From Trichosphaerium sp. ATCC 40318 (Eukaryota > Protista > Tubulinea), in assembly GCA_038496445.1 (NCBI GenBank), contig JALMLS010000466.1, positions 867,449 to 931,448 on the forward strand: 64,000 bases of DNA. Direction: 5' to 3'. The position numbers were made by a program, and so were the translations under genes. Of this stretch, positions 50,871 to 63,068 are shown piece by piece; positions within the stretch are counted from its first letter, which is position 1; every line of letters starts with the position of its first letter. The notes under the pieces were generated by a model. That model searched no databases. It worked only from the letters and a program-made list of their open reading frames with translations, and was not told the origin of the DNA.

Positions 50871-52900
50871 TTATGTAGCACCACTTGGTGTTCCTCTTGG
50901 TGTACTAGCTGTAACATTTGAATGTAATATCTTTCTTAATCTTCGTTGATGATTGAGTAATTCCCATTTATCATTAAAGCGTTTCATCAACTTTGCTTTA
51001 ACGAAGTAGTGGATAAACTCAGCGCTATATAAAAAAAAATAAGAATTGCAATGTCATATTTTTTTAACGCACCAAAAGCAGGGTATAAATATATTGAGAG
51101 TACTAATACTATACAAAAAACGTTAGGGAAAAAATTAAGTAAGAGATCGAAAAAGAAAGGTACCCCCATGTCCTCAATAGACCAAAAGGACCATCCTACA
51201 AAAAAAGTTATTTTCAGTCTTCTAGGAAAAAAAAAGTGAAGATGATTGTACTTGTCGTATGGATTCTTGCAATAATAAAGGAACTTGCATTACCCCAAGG
51301 CCTAGTTAAGTGTTAATTGGTTATTGATTTACCTAAAACCAAGAAGAATAGTACCTGAACTCCTGTGTGATGATATATAATAATGACCCATTAAATTATA
51401 CATTGAGTGAATAAAAGGAAATGTAACACAAATCATCTAACTTTTGTGTAAGTATACGAGTATCCTAAAGATGCTCTTTTTCTCAATAAAAATGAGTACC
51501 GAAGTAAAGTGAATAAGAGGCACATCTAAGAAGATATGTCAGTCAAAACAACCATCAAAGAATACAACACAAAAGGGTATGCATATACCTTCAAAAAGTA
51601 GTTTTTGCACGTAGCCAATTGTAATCAAACAAACTTCTCCTGCAAGCCTAATACTGAATCCTTTTGAACTAATTAATAAAAATAACAATACATGCTGTAT
51701 TAAGATACAATCTTACCTGTATACAAGCTTGAAAAAAGCCTCAGTGGATTACACAAAGCGCCCAAGAACCCGCCACTTGTATCAATCAAATTCAAGTCTA
51801 TGCATTCAGTTAACTAACAAGACTAGGCTTAAACGAATCACTCACCTGGACACATTGTGTGGTACTGTACAATAGAGAAAGGATGCTCTACAGCAACTTT
51901 GAAACATGCAGCGAAATATACACCTTGATCACGTGTCAGGTATTTGAGAAATCACGTGTGGCACGTGTTAAGAATTTTGTCCTAATATTATGTACCTGCA
52001 ATCACCATTGGACTGGAAGCCAACAAACTCATAAAAGGTTTCTTTTTCTGTTCTTGGTTGTAATCAACTCTTTTTGTTCTAAAAATACCTCTTGCCCACA
52101 CGTGAGCCCACCATCTAGGTATGAATAGATCATACAGTGTCGAGCAAACATGTCTTGATAACGATTAGCAACTTCTAGAGCAATAAGACCACTCTTCACG
52201 CACTGTAAATAGGATACCCAAAATGGTATTTTATAGATAAATCCAAACCCTACACAAAAACAGTTAAAAGCAACGATTTTTTTAACGCTGTCACATTGTT
52301 AGCCAAACCTGAGCGTACCGAAGCCCCATAGATTTTGTATTGTTTTAACGACTCCTTTGTACGGATATGCGACAGGATGACGTACTATTTAATATTAGAG
52401 ACTGTCTTAGTTACGTAGCGGTGTAAGAGAACTCACTGGCGCTTAAAAGCATTATTGAATCTGACAAATGAATAACTGGCCAAACGAGTCCTAAACCAAT
52501 GCAATAGCTAAAAGCATGCGATATACGCCTTACAGAGTCAGACAAAACGTGTTAGCTTTTTGTACACTCACCTAATGTAGCCCTTGTACTGTAATCGTTT
52601 TATAAAGCGCCTATTTAACGAGTTTTTAAGCGCGTAGTTGATATTTGCCGAACCTGGCCCAAATAAGCTTGCGAACAAACGAAATCAATTTTAATTTAGC
52701 TCTTGAAGGTGGAGAGTCTGTTTTTGCTTCAAGCGCATCCTCTTTGTCAATTTGTTCAGTTATATCCCAATCTTCGGTGCTAAGCTCTTGACTTATCTAC
52801 AAAAGCGTTGAAAGTACGGCTACAACCTCGTATACGCTATTGCAAACGATAAATGTGTCAAACTTACCGACAGTAATCGCGGCAGTCGTGGCCTTGCCAT
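50871..52900 (-). CDS. Hypothetical multi-exon membrane protein, possibly a degenerate carrier fold (Ugo1/SLC25A46-like)
   Basis: Many short exons; YKGVVKTIQNLWGF..GFIYK and EHPFSIVQ weakly resemble carrier repeats; ends TPRGTPSGAT*. Confidence 0.45.
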
Positions 52901-55900
52901 GGTTACGCTAGTATGTAGAGAGTATTTCAATGTAACGAACAAATAGAATTAAATGTGTTGTTGACTTAACGCCCATTTCGGGTTTGAAGTTAATTTTAAC
53001 TCTTTAGAATATAGTCAACCCGCAACGCTCGTCTCTCAAGCGGGCTGTTTAGTAGCACAAATACAAACTATCTTGTATTGGCACGTGACAGCTGCAATTA
53101 CTTTCGGAAGTCTAGGTTAGAGTCGCAGAAGGTTAACGGACAAAACGCGAATAGCTGTCTGAGCTTTGGTTTTTTTTTATTCAGGATATTTCAAAGTCCA
53201 TAATAGATTGAAATATCGCTTGGTTATTTTATGACATTTCGACACCAGTAATGGCTCCACCTGGTTCTTGCTTTTTTCTGCAACCAAGGTAAAGAATAAA
53301 TATAACAACTACAATTACTGTAATAACAGCAACTGCAATAACAGCGTAAATCCACCAAGCTAAAAAAAAAGTCAGATGAAAAATACCACAGTATTAGTGT
53401 CATGAAAAAAGAGTTTGTACCAAATCCTGATGAAGGTGTTGGTGTCTCGTCGACACAAGAGTTAGCATATACAACGCTAAATTCTCCAAATCTTGGTAAT
53501 ACAGTTAATACTTCACAACTTAACATATTCGGCTTTGTTACAACAATGTTAGATGTCAGTACATCGCATGAGTTTTCAAATAACATTATTTCAACTGCAC
53601 CATTTGCAGTATTATCATCTATTAAATCAAGCTGAAAAGTAGTCCTTTGGTTTATTTCCTTAAATTAAAGAATAAGTTGATTTGAATAGAGAAAGTGTGG
53701 CACTAGAAAATCACGTGGAATAGAAGTAAATAACAATTTAACAGTCAACAAAATTACTTACTACGCAACCAGACACTCTAAGTGGACCACTTTCAACAGA
53801 AAAAAATGATCCAGCAACATCAAAAATCAAGTCCCCTAAAAAAATCGATTTTAGGAGATATCAAGAATGGATATGTCAACTCGCAATTGGCTTGATTTGC
53901 TTGCCTGGGAAGCTGTATGCGGTTGAAAGAACAGTTCCATTCTGAGGTGTGAAATCATTTACTAGTGTCACACTAGCTATATCAGATACACCAGCAGAGC
54001 GTAGTTGTTGGTTGTCTAGAAATGTTTTGTAAACAACAGGTTCATAACTTTGAGTTGTAGTTACCTGCTTCGTTCGCTCCCATAATGGCGCCAACAAAAA
54101 CACTTGATGAAACACTTGATGAAGAGCGTAGACTAATATCTACAAATCCTGTTTGGCGCTTACTACAAGTGGAGCTACTAATAGATATATCACCTTCACT
54201 TGCACCAGTAATAACTAGGTAAACGCGTGAGTACTAGCTTTTTGATAACGGTAGGAACATACTTGATACAACTGGTATGATAGTAGAAGATGTGCGTGTA
54301 CAGTCTTGAGTAGAACATCGTACAGTAAGTTGAAAACTAAGGGAAGATTAGCCATCTATTGCCTGCCTTTATCTACGTGCACTGGTGTTGGTGAAAGTGT
54401 TGTTGGCGGACGAGTGGTAGGCGGTGCTGTCGTTGGCTCTGGTGTTGGAGCCACAGTAGTAGGTGCTATTGTTGGAGGAACTGTTGTTGGCGCCGGTGTC
54501 GGTGGAGGGGTTGGTGGCGGGGTAGGTTGTGGAGTTGGTGCATCCGTTGTTGGCGCTGCCGTTGGCACTAACGTAGTTTGCATGCTTTGTGTAGGAGAAA
54601 CTGTAGCACCAGGTTCTGGCATAAGAACAAATAGTTCTAGTCCATTTGAATCGGTCGTTGCTGTAAAGTACAACTGGCGGTTAGCTTCCCACTCTACAAC
54701 AAGCCAGTTATTAGCAGGTTCCGTGCAATTCCTAAGTTTCTTAACGTACTGAAGAAGTTTGCTGGGAAAGAAGAGCCACCAGAGTTAAGCTCTTCGACAG
54801 TACTAGATGCAATTGTGCCATTATTGCTATACAATTCTTTATTTTCACCATCATTCTGAGCTTGAAAGTATAGCAGGCCGAAGAATTCTGTAACGAATCT
54901 TGGAAAACTAGACCTTAATTGATTGATTTCTGTAGCTTGATAGTCTTGAGCTGGCTTTTTGAATCATTAAAAAAGAGAATAAAATAGATGATGTTTTTTT
55001 CCACTTACCATAGCAGGGTCATAGCACGCAAGCTCCCGTCCAAAGGAAGCAGGAACAAAATCAGCGGCATAACATAAAAGATTATCATAAGGTGTCATAA
55101 ATTCAATGTAGGAATCTCCACTTCCGCGGATAAGTACTGGAATAAAGTTAGAAACAACAGGTTAAAAAAGGCATACAAAAGGAGTACCATTGCTTATCTG
55201 ATTCTCTGTGTGATTGTAACTGAATATTTCATTACCGAAGAGGGCTGATGCATAGGTGAAATACAATTGATTATTGAACTTAACCATCTCTGATGTTAAG
55301 TTTCCGTCCAGGGTAAGTCTAAAGACTGCCACAGGACCTACATACCCATTAATATAGAAAAAAACAATATTGTCATTCTAGTATACCAGAGGCAATGAAT
55401 GAGTTGAAAGCAAACAGATGTCTTCCTCTGAATATATATATTCAAAACCTACAGCGACCAACTTGCTTAATTCCTCTCCTTCGCCATTAGAGTTGCTAAA
55501 CTCCTCAATTTTGAAGTTACTATCACTTAGTGACATTAATCTGCCTTCTGAAGTAAAGTAGAGGACATCAAAGTGAATCACAGGGTACTGTGGGTCAACG
55601 ATATCGCTGCCATTAAATTGTAGTTTTGTAGTCATTGTAGTGACAGGATCATATACATGCAAACTGCGCCCAGAAGCTGTTTCTGCAGAAAAGTAAAGCT
55701 TGTCCTAAAAAAGAATGTCAATTTATTTTATGGACTTACTATCTCGTACGTCATACGCAACTAAATGCATTGGGTATGAATCAGAGGCACCTGCGTATAT
55801 GTCTGACTAAAATTTTTTGAGAATCATGTCGTAACGAATTATACGTACCGCAAGTTGTATATTATTACTAGTGGATGATGCATCGAGCGTGAATAACTCA

Positions 55901-56092
55901 ATACCGTTCGCTAGGAGTTAGTTTAGGTATAAGTTCTGTCATAAAAAGCGGACCTGCAGTTGTTGCTGCAAAATATAGCTGTCCATCTAGGTGAGCGAAA
56001 TGTACTACATCTGGGAAACTGTCCGTAGCTCCAATGTTTAAATCGGGTATTTGTACTACAGTATCGCCTGCTGCGTAATTGGCAACGAATAA

Positions 56093-56190
56093 TGTAATAT
56101 CCAGATCAAACGTAAGTCGTAATTGTAGAAATATTCTGTTTATTAAGTGCATTTATAATATAAGTCAACCTAAGGTACGAGGATATCACA
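56093..56190 (-). repeat. 3' LTR (98 bp)
   Basis: Identical to 62671-62768 on base-by-base comparison. Confidence 0.97.
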
Positions 56191-56200
56191 CTCCCTCACT
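56191..56200 (-). other. Polypurine tract
   Basis: AGTGAGGGAG lies immediately before the 3' LTR on the minus strand. Confidence 0.7.
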
Positions 56201-56559
56201 GAATCAAACGCATCCGTCAATGTGAAAAGTCAAATAAGCATTGAAATGGTAGTGGAGATTCACATAAGTCGTAAGGCAGGAAATAAAAATAATACTCGTA
56301 AACTTTAGGTTTTTGCTTGGGAACGTATGAGGCTTACTTAGTCAAGGACGAACCGTAATCCAGTACGATTGGCCAAGGTTGCTCATTTAAACGTCTGTTT
56401 TGCAGTAGCGACTGTCGCGTCCTATCTACTGGAACCACTGCCCTCTTTAGGTAGCCCTTATTATGAGCGTGACAGTACCCGTCTAGTGGAGTCCTACGCT
56501 CTTCTGCAATGCAGGGCGTTTTTACGTGACTCACCAGTAGCAAGTGTTACGGTGTTAAT

Positions 56560-59500
56560 AAGTTTGACGACGCGAGCTCAACGGCAAATTGCGTATCAAA
56601 TTCATCTGCAGTTTACGAACGTACGCAATCAATCCTTTACCTGTTTTCGCAGCAATCTTGAGCTCTTTCAAAAATTTCTTTTGACGTGATGAACGTGGGA
56701 TAAAGCCGGCAGCATAATGTCTCTAGAATACCCATGAGCTGTTGATGGTAGACTGTAATCCGTTTTTTGTTAAGTAAGTCGTTGTCATAATAATCTTCCA
56801 TTGCGCTTGCATTGATTGTAGGATGTGTTGTATTCTCGGAATCCCAGTTCCTTCTTAGTACGTCTGAAATATTGTCGATCCCAAAGTTCCTTGAGGTTCA
56901 CTTGATGCTGGAATAGGAATAGGAGGTGTATCTTGTATTTTTCTAAAATTTCTTTGTCTTGATTGTTATCATCTGTTGAAATGTCATTCTTTCGTTTGTG
57001 ATATCGTCTTAGTCGATCTACATTGTATACTTTTTCATCAATATCGCCATTTGAATAAGCCAGTTATAATCAAGCCTTTGTTGAGGACCTTGATGACTTT
57101 GAATGGTCCTTCCCACATGTGTACAAATTTATGCGTGTATCCATATTCTATCTTTCGTTTTCGTAGTAAAGAGTACGTAATCGCCAACCGCATATATTTC
57201 TTTTCTTCTTCGTTGGTTATATCTTTTAGACTGTCGTAAATAAGCATTTGAACGACTTCTTCAGCCAATGATCGTGATCGCTTTAAAAAGACTTTCGAGT
57301 CCATGAGTCAAGTGTATGATCACCTTGTCTTGGGTGGCAATCCATGCTTGGTCTGGGGTAGTAGCGTGATGACCAAAAACTAAATAATAAATTTGATTGT
57401 TTCAATTCAGAGTGTTGTGTTTTATTATACGCAAAGACGCATGATTGAACATAGGTCCCAATCAGTTTGATAGTCAGTAATAAACATTTTTATCATTTGT
57501 ATTAAAGTATGATTAAATCTAACTAACCCATTCGCTTGAGGGTGATATGCTACAGTTGTACGTTTATCAACATTGCATAGTCACAAAGCTCTTCTACAAT
57601 GCCTTCAAATTCTCCTCTTGTTTCACTAATAACAATGAGGGAGCACCGTATATACACAACATTTTCAAATAAGGCTGAAATACATTTTTAGACTTTTTAT
57701 CTGGTAGGCATACAGCTATGGCATAGCGTGTATAATAGTCAGTGATGGTTGGGAATCCATCGGTTTTGGTTGTTAATTGTACGTGTTAATGGACCAACCA
57801 AGTCCATAGAAATAGTTTGGAACGGAAACGTTGCTTCAATTGTTTGCATTGGAGCACCTGGCGGTAATCTCCTAGAGGTCTTGCCAGTTTGGCATTTTTC
57901 ACAAGTCCGAATGTGTTGTTCAATATCACGTTTTAAACCGGCCCAATAGTATTTTAATTTAACATTATTATATGTTCTTGTAACGCCCAAGTGACCAGCA
58001 GTGGCTGAATCATGGTGGGCAGATATGATCTCGCTTTGCATACTTGAAGGTACTACAATAACAGTCTTCATTGTTTGTTCTTCATGTGGTAGTGGAGTAC
58101 GCTTTCGACAAAGGATACCACTCTCATCTAAAAACATACCTTTGGTAGCAGCGATGATTTTTTTAATATTTTTGTAGTTTTTAAACGCTTTTGGAGCTTG
58201 AATAAAGTAAATATATTCCAACAGTTGTTTGTCAAGTCGTTGTAAATAAAATAAACGTAAACGGGGTTGCTTTGGGATTTTACAAGTGTTCACATATGCT
58301 GGAAAGAATTGAGAATTTCGAGGGTGTAAAATAGGAGTGAAATTGTGCATAAAACCCACAGGGTGTACTATGCCATTGATATTGACATAATTTACAGCAA
58401 CAGGACGTATGGGATGTCTTGACAGAGCATCTGAGTCAGAGTTTAAAATACCTTTACGATGAATAATAGTAAAGTCAAATTCAGAAAGGTAAATAGACCA
58501 ACGGATCATTTTTGAATCCGGGTGAGATGTTCGTTTAAATTTTAACAGTGCAATGTGATCTGTGTAAATTTTAAAAGGTTTGTACAACAGGTAGACGCGA
58601 AATTTCTTACAAGCAGCTACTACTGCTAATGCTTCCAGCAAATGAGTATGATAGCGTTGCTCATGAATATTTAAAGCACGTGAATAATAAGCTATGACTC
58701 TTTCATTACCGAAATCATCTTTTTGTACTAGAGTAGCACCTATACCAATATTACACGCATCAGTGTGTAACTCAAACGGCTTCTCAAAGTTAGGATATGC
58801 TAAACAAGGGGCAGAAGTTAACGCTTGTTTAATATCTTTAAAAGCTTTAGCTTGGTGAGGTCCCCAGAAGAAGTCTACACCTTTTTTTAATAGTGCTCTC
58901 AGAGGCGATGCTGCAGCAGATAACATTCGAACAAAACGTGAATAGTAAGTGGCCATACCTAGGAAGGAACGAACACCAGAAACATCAGAGGGAGCGTTCA
59001 TTTTAACAATGGCTTCAATTTTATCAGGGTGAGGTCTTATGCCGTCTTCAGAGACCAAAAACCCCAAGTACTCAACTTCGTGTAAAAAGAAAGAACATTT
59101 TTTTGGTTTTAGTTTAATTTTGTGTTGTCGCACACGTTCAAGAACTAATTTCAAACTATAAATATGTTCCTCAAAAGTTTTTGAAAAGACGATAATGTCG
59201 TCAATATATACAAGGCAATGTTGCCAATTTAAACCAGAAAGAACTAGGTTTACGTACCTTTGCCAAGTTGCAGGTGCATTGGATACACCCAATATTATGG
59301 GCATTACAACCCATTCGTAGAGTCCAGATTTGTCGATAAAGGCTGTTTTCTCAATGGAGTTTCTTGCTATCTTTAGCTGATGAAACCCACTGGTAGCATC
59401 CATTATTGAGAAATAGACTGAGCCTATGAGAGCGTCTAATGCATCATCTACCCTTGGGAGTGGGTATACATCACGCTTTGTCACTGAGTTCAAAGACCTA

Positions 59501-61007
59501 TAATCTATACAAAATCGTAAAGTGCCATCTTTCTTTTTAACAATTACAATAGCCGCCCAAGGCGACTTAGATGGTCGAATTAAACCATGGCGAGTAAACT
59601 TTTTAATAAAATCTTTGATAAATTCGTGATAGTGAGGAGGAAAACGTCTTGGAGGTTGATGTAGTGGTTTAGCATTGCCAGTATCAATTTCAAATTTGAC
59701 GGCAGTATCATTCACCTCAGTAATCTCATCTGAGAATTCAGTTTCAAAGAAACAAAGCAGATTAAAAAGGATTTTTCTTTGTTCATCATCAACTTGTGCT
59801 TTTTCTAATTGTTTTGAAAATAATTTGTGTATACGTTTTGCAACTTGTAAAGAAGGTTTAAAGTCTTTAAAAAATTTGATAGCTTCCTTGATGTGTTCAC
59901 GTGTTTTTTCAAAATCAGCATTTGACGCATTAGTTTTTACACGTATGACATCTTCACGGCTATCAACACTAATAGCATGTTTTGTTGATGTAACAGGTTC
60001 AAAAATGGAAACAATTTCATTAGCATTTAGAGTAATGTAAGAAGGACTAGCGTTAACAACCTCATATAATAAGCGACCATCTGCTTCTTGCATAGTGAGT
60101 GTATGAGATCCGCTTAAACCTTTGTGTTTTTTAGAAATTGTATGGTGGCTTGATTTATGCCTTGTGAACCATGACGAAAATGTTTTGCTTTTACTTCTAG
60201 AATAGCGGGAGAAAAAGGAGGTATTGTAACATCTTTTGTAAGACGACATAAACTAGAGCGTAGTTGTGTTTCAGGAGGAAGTTCATCCACTAAAGGGATA
60301 TGTTGACCATTTGGTAAAGAAAATAGTTTTTTCGAAATGTTTATAGAGGCTCCAGTCTGAGCTAAAAAGTCACGGCCCAATAACATTGGTTCTGATAAGT
60401 TCTTTGCTATTAATGGCGAGAATTTTGTTTTAAAAATTGGAAATTCAAATTGTAATGGTTGTTTTGTATAACCAATAAGAGGTAAGGGCTTACCGTTGGC
60501 AGCCATTGAGTTTAGCTTGTATGGTTTGTAGGTTCTCAGTCCTATGTCATGTGCAGCCTTTAAACTAATTAGGGTGTGTGAAGCACCGCTATCTACTAAA
60601 GCAAGGATTGATTTTCCATTAATACGAACGACAACATAAGCTGAAAAAGTTTTATCTAAACTAGTTTGGTTTACAGTGTTACTGTTGGCATTTGGCGCTG
60701 GAAATTGGCTTGCCATTGGATACGAGAAATAAGGAGGCAGCACATGCATCTGAGTCGAGGGTAGAGGTTGAGTATTCAAAGGAGATTGTGCTGGAGCACT
60801 AGGAGAAGGTACTGTAGATACGGGGAAGGACCAGTTGGCATTGATTGACGACGGAGGTTGTTGATACTGTACTGATTGATAGTGAGGCCAATACTTGGCA
60901 TCGGTGTTCCTGGTTGTTGTACAACCGGTTGAGGCGTTGGTGTTGAAGCGTTGGTTCTCACTGTTGTTTTGTTTAACATACATTTTTCTTCTTTGTGACG
61001 TCCCCAT
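56560..61007 (-). CDS. pol: Retrotransposon Pol (protease, RT, RNase H, integrase), multiply frameshifted as assembled
   Basis: ALVDSGASH; LRFCIDYR, YIDDI; FELHTDAC, TDH; HHCC (HDSATAGHLG..CEKC), SMDLVGP, YHPQANG, WEGPFKV. Confidence 0.92.
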
Positions 61008-62406
61008 TTCGCGTGATGATTACACCAAATCCACCTGCCTTCATTCGGTTTTTGGGTTTTATCTAATAAGCGCTTCTCCCATTCTTCCTTTGTATATTTC
61101 TGGGTTCTTGGAGTCGTCTTTGAAGGTGTGGAAGTATTCTTTGTAGTTGCCTTCTTTGTAGTTTTCTTGTATCGTTCGATTCTTTTTGCCTTCAATTCTT
61201 CTTTTTGCTATCTGTGTATAATTCGGTGACATTGTTGTCCGTAGGTTCTCCTTGATTGATAACAGCGGTTCGTAAAGAGTCTTTCATCTTTGCCAATAAT
61301 TCGTCATAAAATCCTTTTCCGTGAGGATTGACTCCAGCGTGTTTAGCCAATAGCATCTTTTCTTGATAATAATCGTTGAAAGAAATATCTTCTCCTTGAG
61401 AGAAATCTCGGTAATTTCTCATGACTTCATCGTAATCGTACTTTCCTTCAAACTCTGTAATGATGTGATCCAACAGCGCTTGCGGGTGTGGTAATTCAGC
61501 TACTCCGTTATAGTTGTTCTCATACCATTTTTCAGCTGTGCCCTTTAACTTGTTAATCATAAAACTTGATAATGCCGAATCTGAAATATTTGTACTGGCG
61601 TTGTATTGTTGTAGTTGATGTCCGAATAACCTAACACGGCTTGGAGTACCGTCAAAAGGTTTTACAATGTCTTGTACCACGTTTTGAGCGTTGAATAAAG
61701 GCAAGAGAACGGAGAGGAGAGATATGAGCTGTCCTTGCGCTGATGCATCAGGATCAAAATTTTGAAATGTCGGAGGAGGTTTCGAAAGAGAAATTCTAGC
61801 TGGCTTGTATGTTGATGGTGGTATTGTAGCTGTACCACCAGTACTTGGTTTATTTGGTGGTGGTGGAGGAGTTTTATCAGATGTTGGAGTTGTTGTAGGA
61901 AGTGATATAGTCTCGTCTTTGGTATTGTCTTCTAAAATATCATATATTTCTTCTTTTAGTTTGTCGGCGATCTCTTCAGCAGCTACAGAAACAGCGAGGC
62001 CAATGACTTCTTCAACGTGTTTGCTAATGTCGCTAATCTGTAGTGGTATGTCCAGCTTCTTTAATTGTTCCTGAATACTTTGTTTGATACGCTCTTGCGT
62101 TTCGGTAGAAATGGCCAAATTTTCGATTTGGGTGTTGAGTTGGGATTGATCCGTAATAACTCGCAAAGTTCTGTCGTTGTAAGGTCTAGGCATTGCTGTC
62201 GTTTGGGTAGTTGGGACAGGAATATATGGAGAGCCAGGAGTTTGTAATGAGATTCTCGTAGTAGGCGTCTGGTATGGCGTGGATGATCGGTGTAATGGTA
62301 TACTGCGAGCAGGTGTTGCTGGTGCCAATCTTTCGCGTAAAAACCCTTCCAACGAATTAAAGCGTGATTCGAGTTGTTTTAAACGATCTTCAGTGTTTTG
62401 AGACAT
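60776..62406 (-). CDS. gag: Retrotransposon Gag (frameshifted near 61195)
   Basis: PFDGTP, KLKGTAEKWY, FSQGEDISFNDY (capsid-like); atypical Zn knuckle WCNHHAKWGRHKEEKC in the next frame. Confidence 0.8.
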
Positions 62407-62649
62407 TTTTTTTTAAAAGAGAAATAGAATATTCGTTTGTTAATTTGGACAGGTACGTAGCTGTAATAGAGGGCTTTATCTCCAGCCCACTAGGATTTTG
62501 GCCTTTTTAAGCAATCCTTTGCTTTACAACACGTGTTTTAATGTTTTATCGCCTGTTTGCTATATATCCCTCTCCGCCACCAATATGAGCGTGTAACGTG
62601 AAGGAAAAATATTATGCGTCGAACCGGCGGAGAATATTAGCGTAAGTTA

Positions 62650-62669
62650 AATCCAGGTCGTGTCGTCCA
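62650..62669 (-). other. Primer binding site (complementary to a tRNA 3' end)
   Basis: TGGACGACACGACCTGGATT starts 1 nt after the 5' LTR. Its complement AATCCAGGTCGTGTCGTCCA resembles T-arm + acceptor stem + CCA. Confidence 0.75.
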
Positions 62670-62670
62670 C

Positions 62671-62768
62671 TGTAATATCCAGATCAAACGTAAGTCGTAA
62701 TTGTAGAAATATTCTGTTTATTAAGTGCATTTATAATATAAGTCAACCTAAGGTACGAGGATATCACA
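62671..62768 (-). repeat. 5' LTR (98 bp)
   Basis: Identical to 56093-56190. On the minus strand it reads TGTGATATCC...GGATATTACA (9/10 terminal inverted repeat) with internal TATAAA and AATAAA. Confidence 0.97.
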
Positions 62769-63068
62769 AATAATACAAGAAAGCGATAGTAAATCGCATT
62801 CTGTCTGTAGTTGCTACGCTGGTAGGCCTGTTTTACGAGGACTAAGCGCGACTGCCATTTCAAGAGTTGTTTGTAACAGTATAAGCAAGACGATGCTAAA
62901 CAAGTTATACACACTGAGTTTGCGACATGGTGGCACATCTTTGTACAAATTATTTCGGATAGCACTCTCTAACGGTTAAAAGGACACCATCGAGCGTCAT
63001 GCGCCCAAAAGGCACTATTTCAATTAAATCACACGTAAAACGCGTAAATGGTACAAATACAGGCGTTC

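Larger units (their letters stand above)
56093..62768 (-). mobile_element. Full-length Ty3/gypsy LTR retrotransposon (6676 bp) with AATAA target-site duplication
   Basis: Identical 98-bp LTRs with TG..CA ends; AATAA at 56088-56092 and 62769-62773; PBS and PPT; gag-PR-RT-RNaseH-IN order. Confidence 0.97.
53229..62799 (-). pseudogene. Type-I membrane protein with ELWxxDGT-like beta-propeller repeats and PT-rich stalk, interrupted in exon 1 by an LTR retrotransposon
   Basis: Repeats LYFAA, LYFSAETASGRSL, LYFTS, FGREL and LYFQAQ..ELYS; PTPAPT stalk; TM WWIYAVIAVAVITVIVVVIF. The ATG at 62799 lies beyond the element and the rest of the gene is at 56092 and below. Confidence 0.75.

Noticed and set aside
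56334-56689. ORFs in the retrotransposon 3' region as a possible env or extra gene
   Set aside because: They are short, start at non-ATG codons, and have no signal peptide, TM or recognisable motif.
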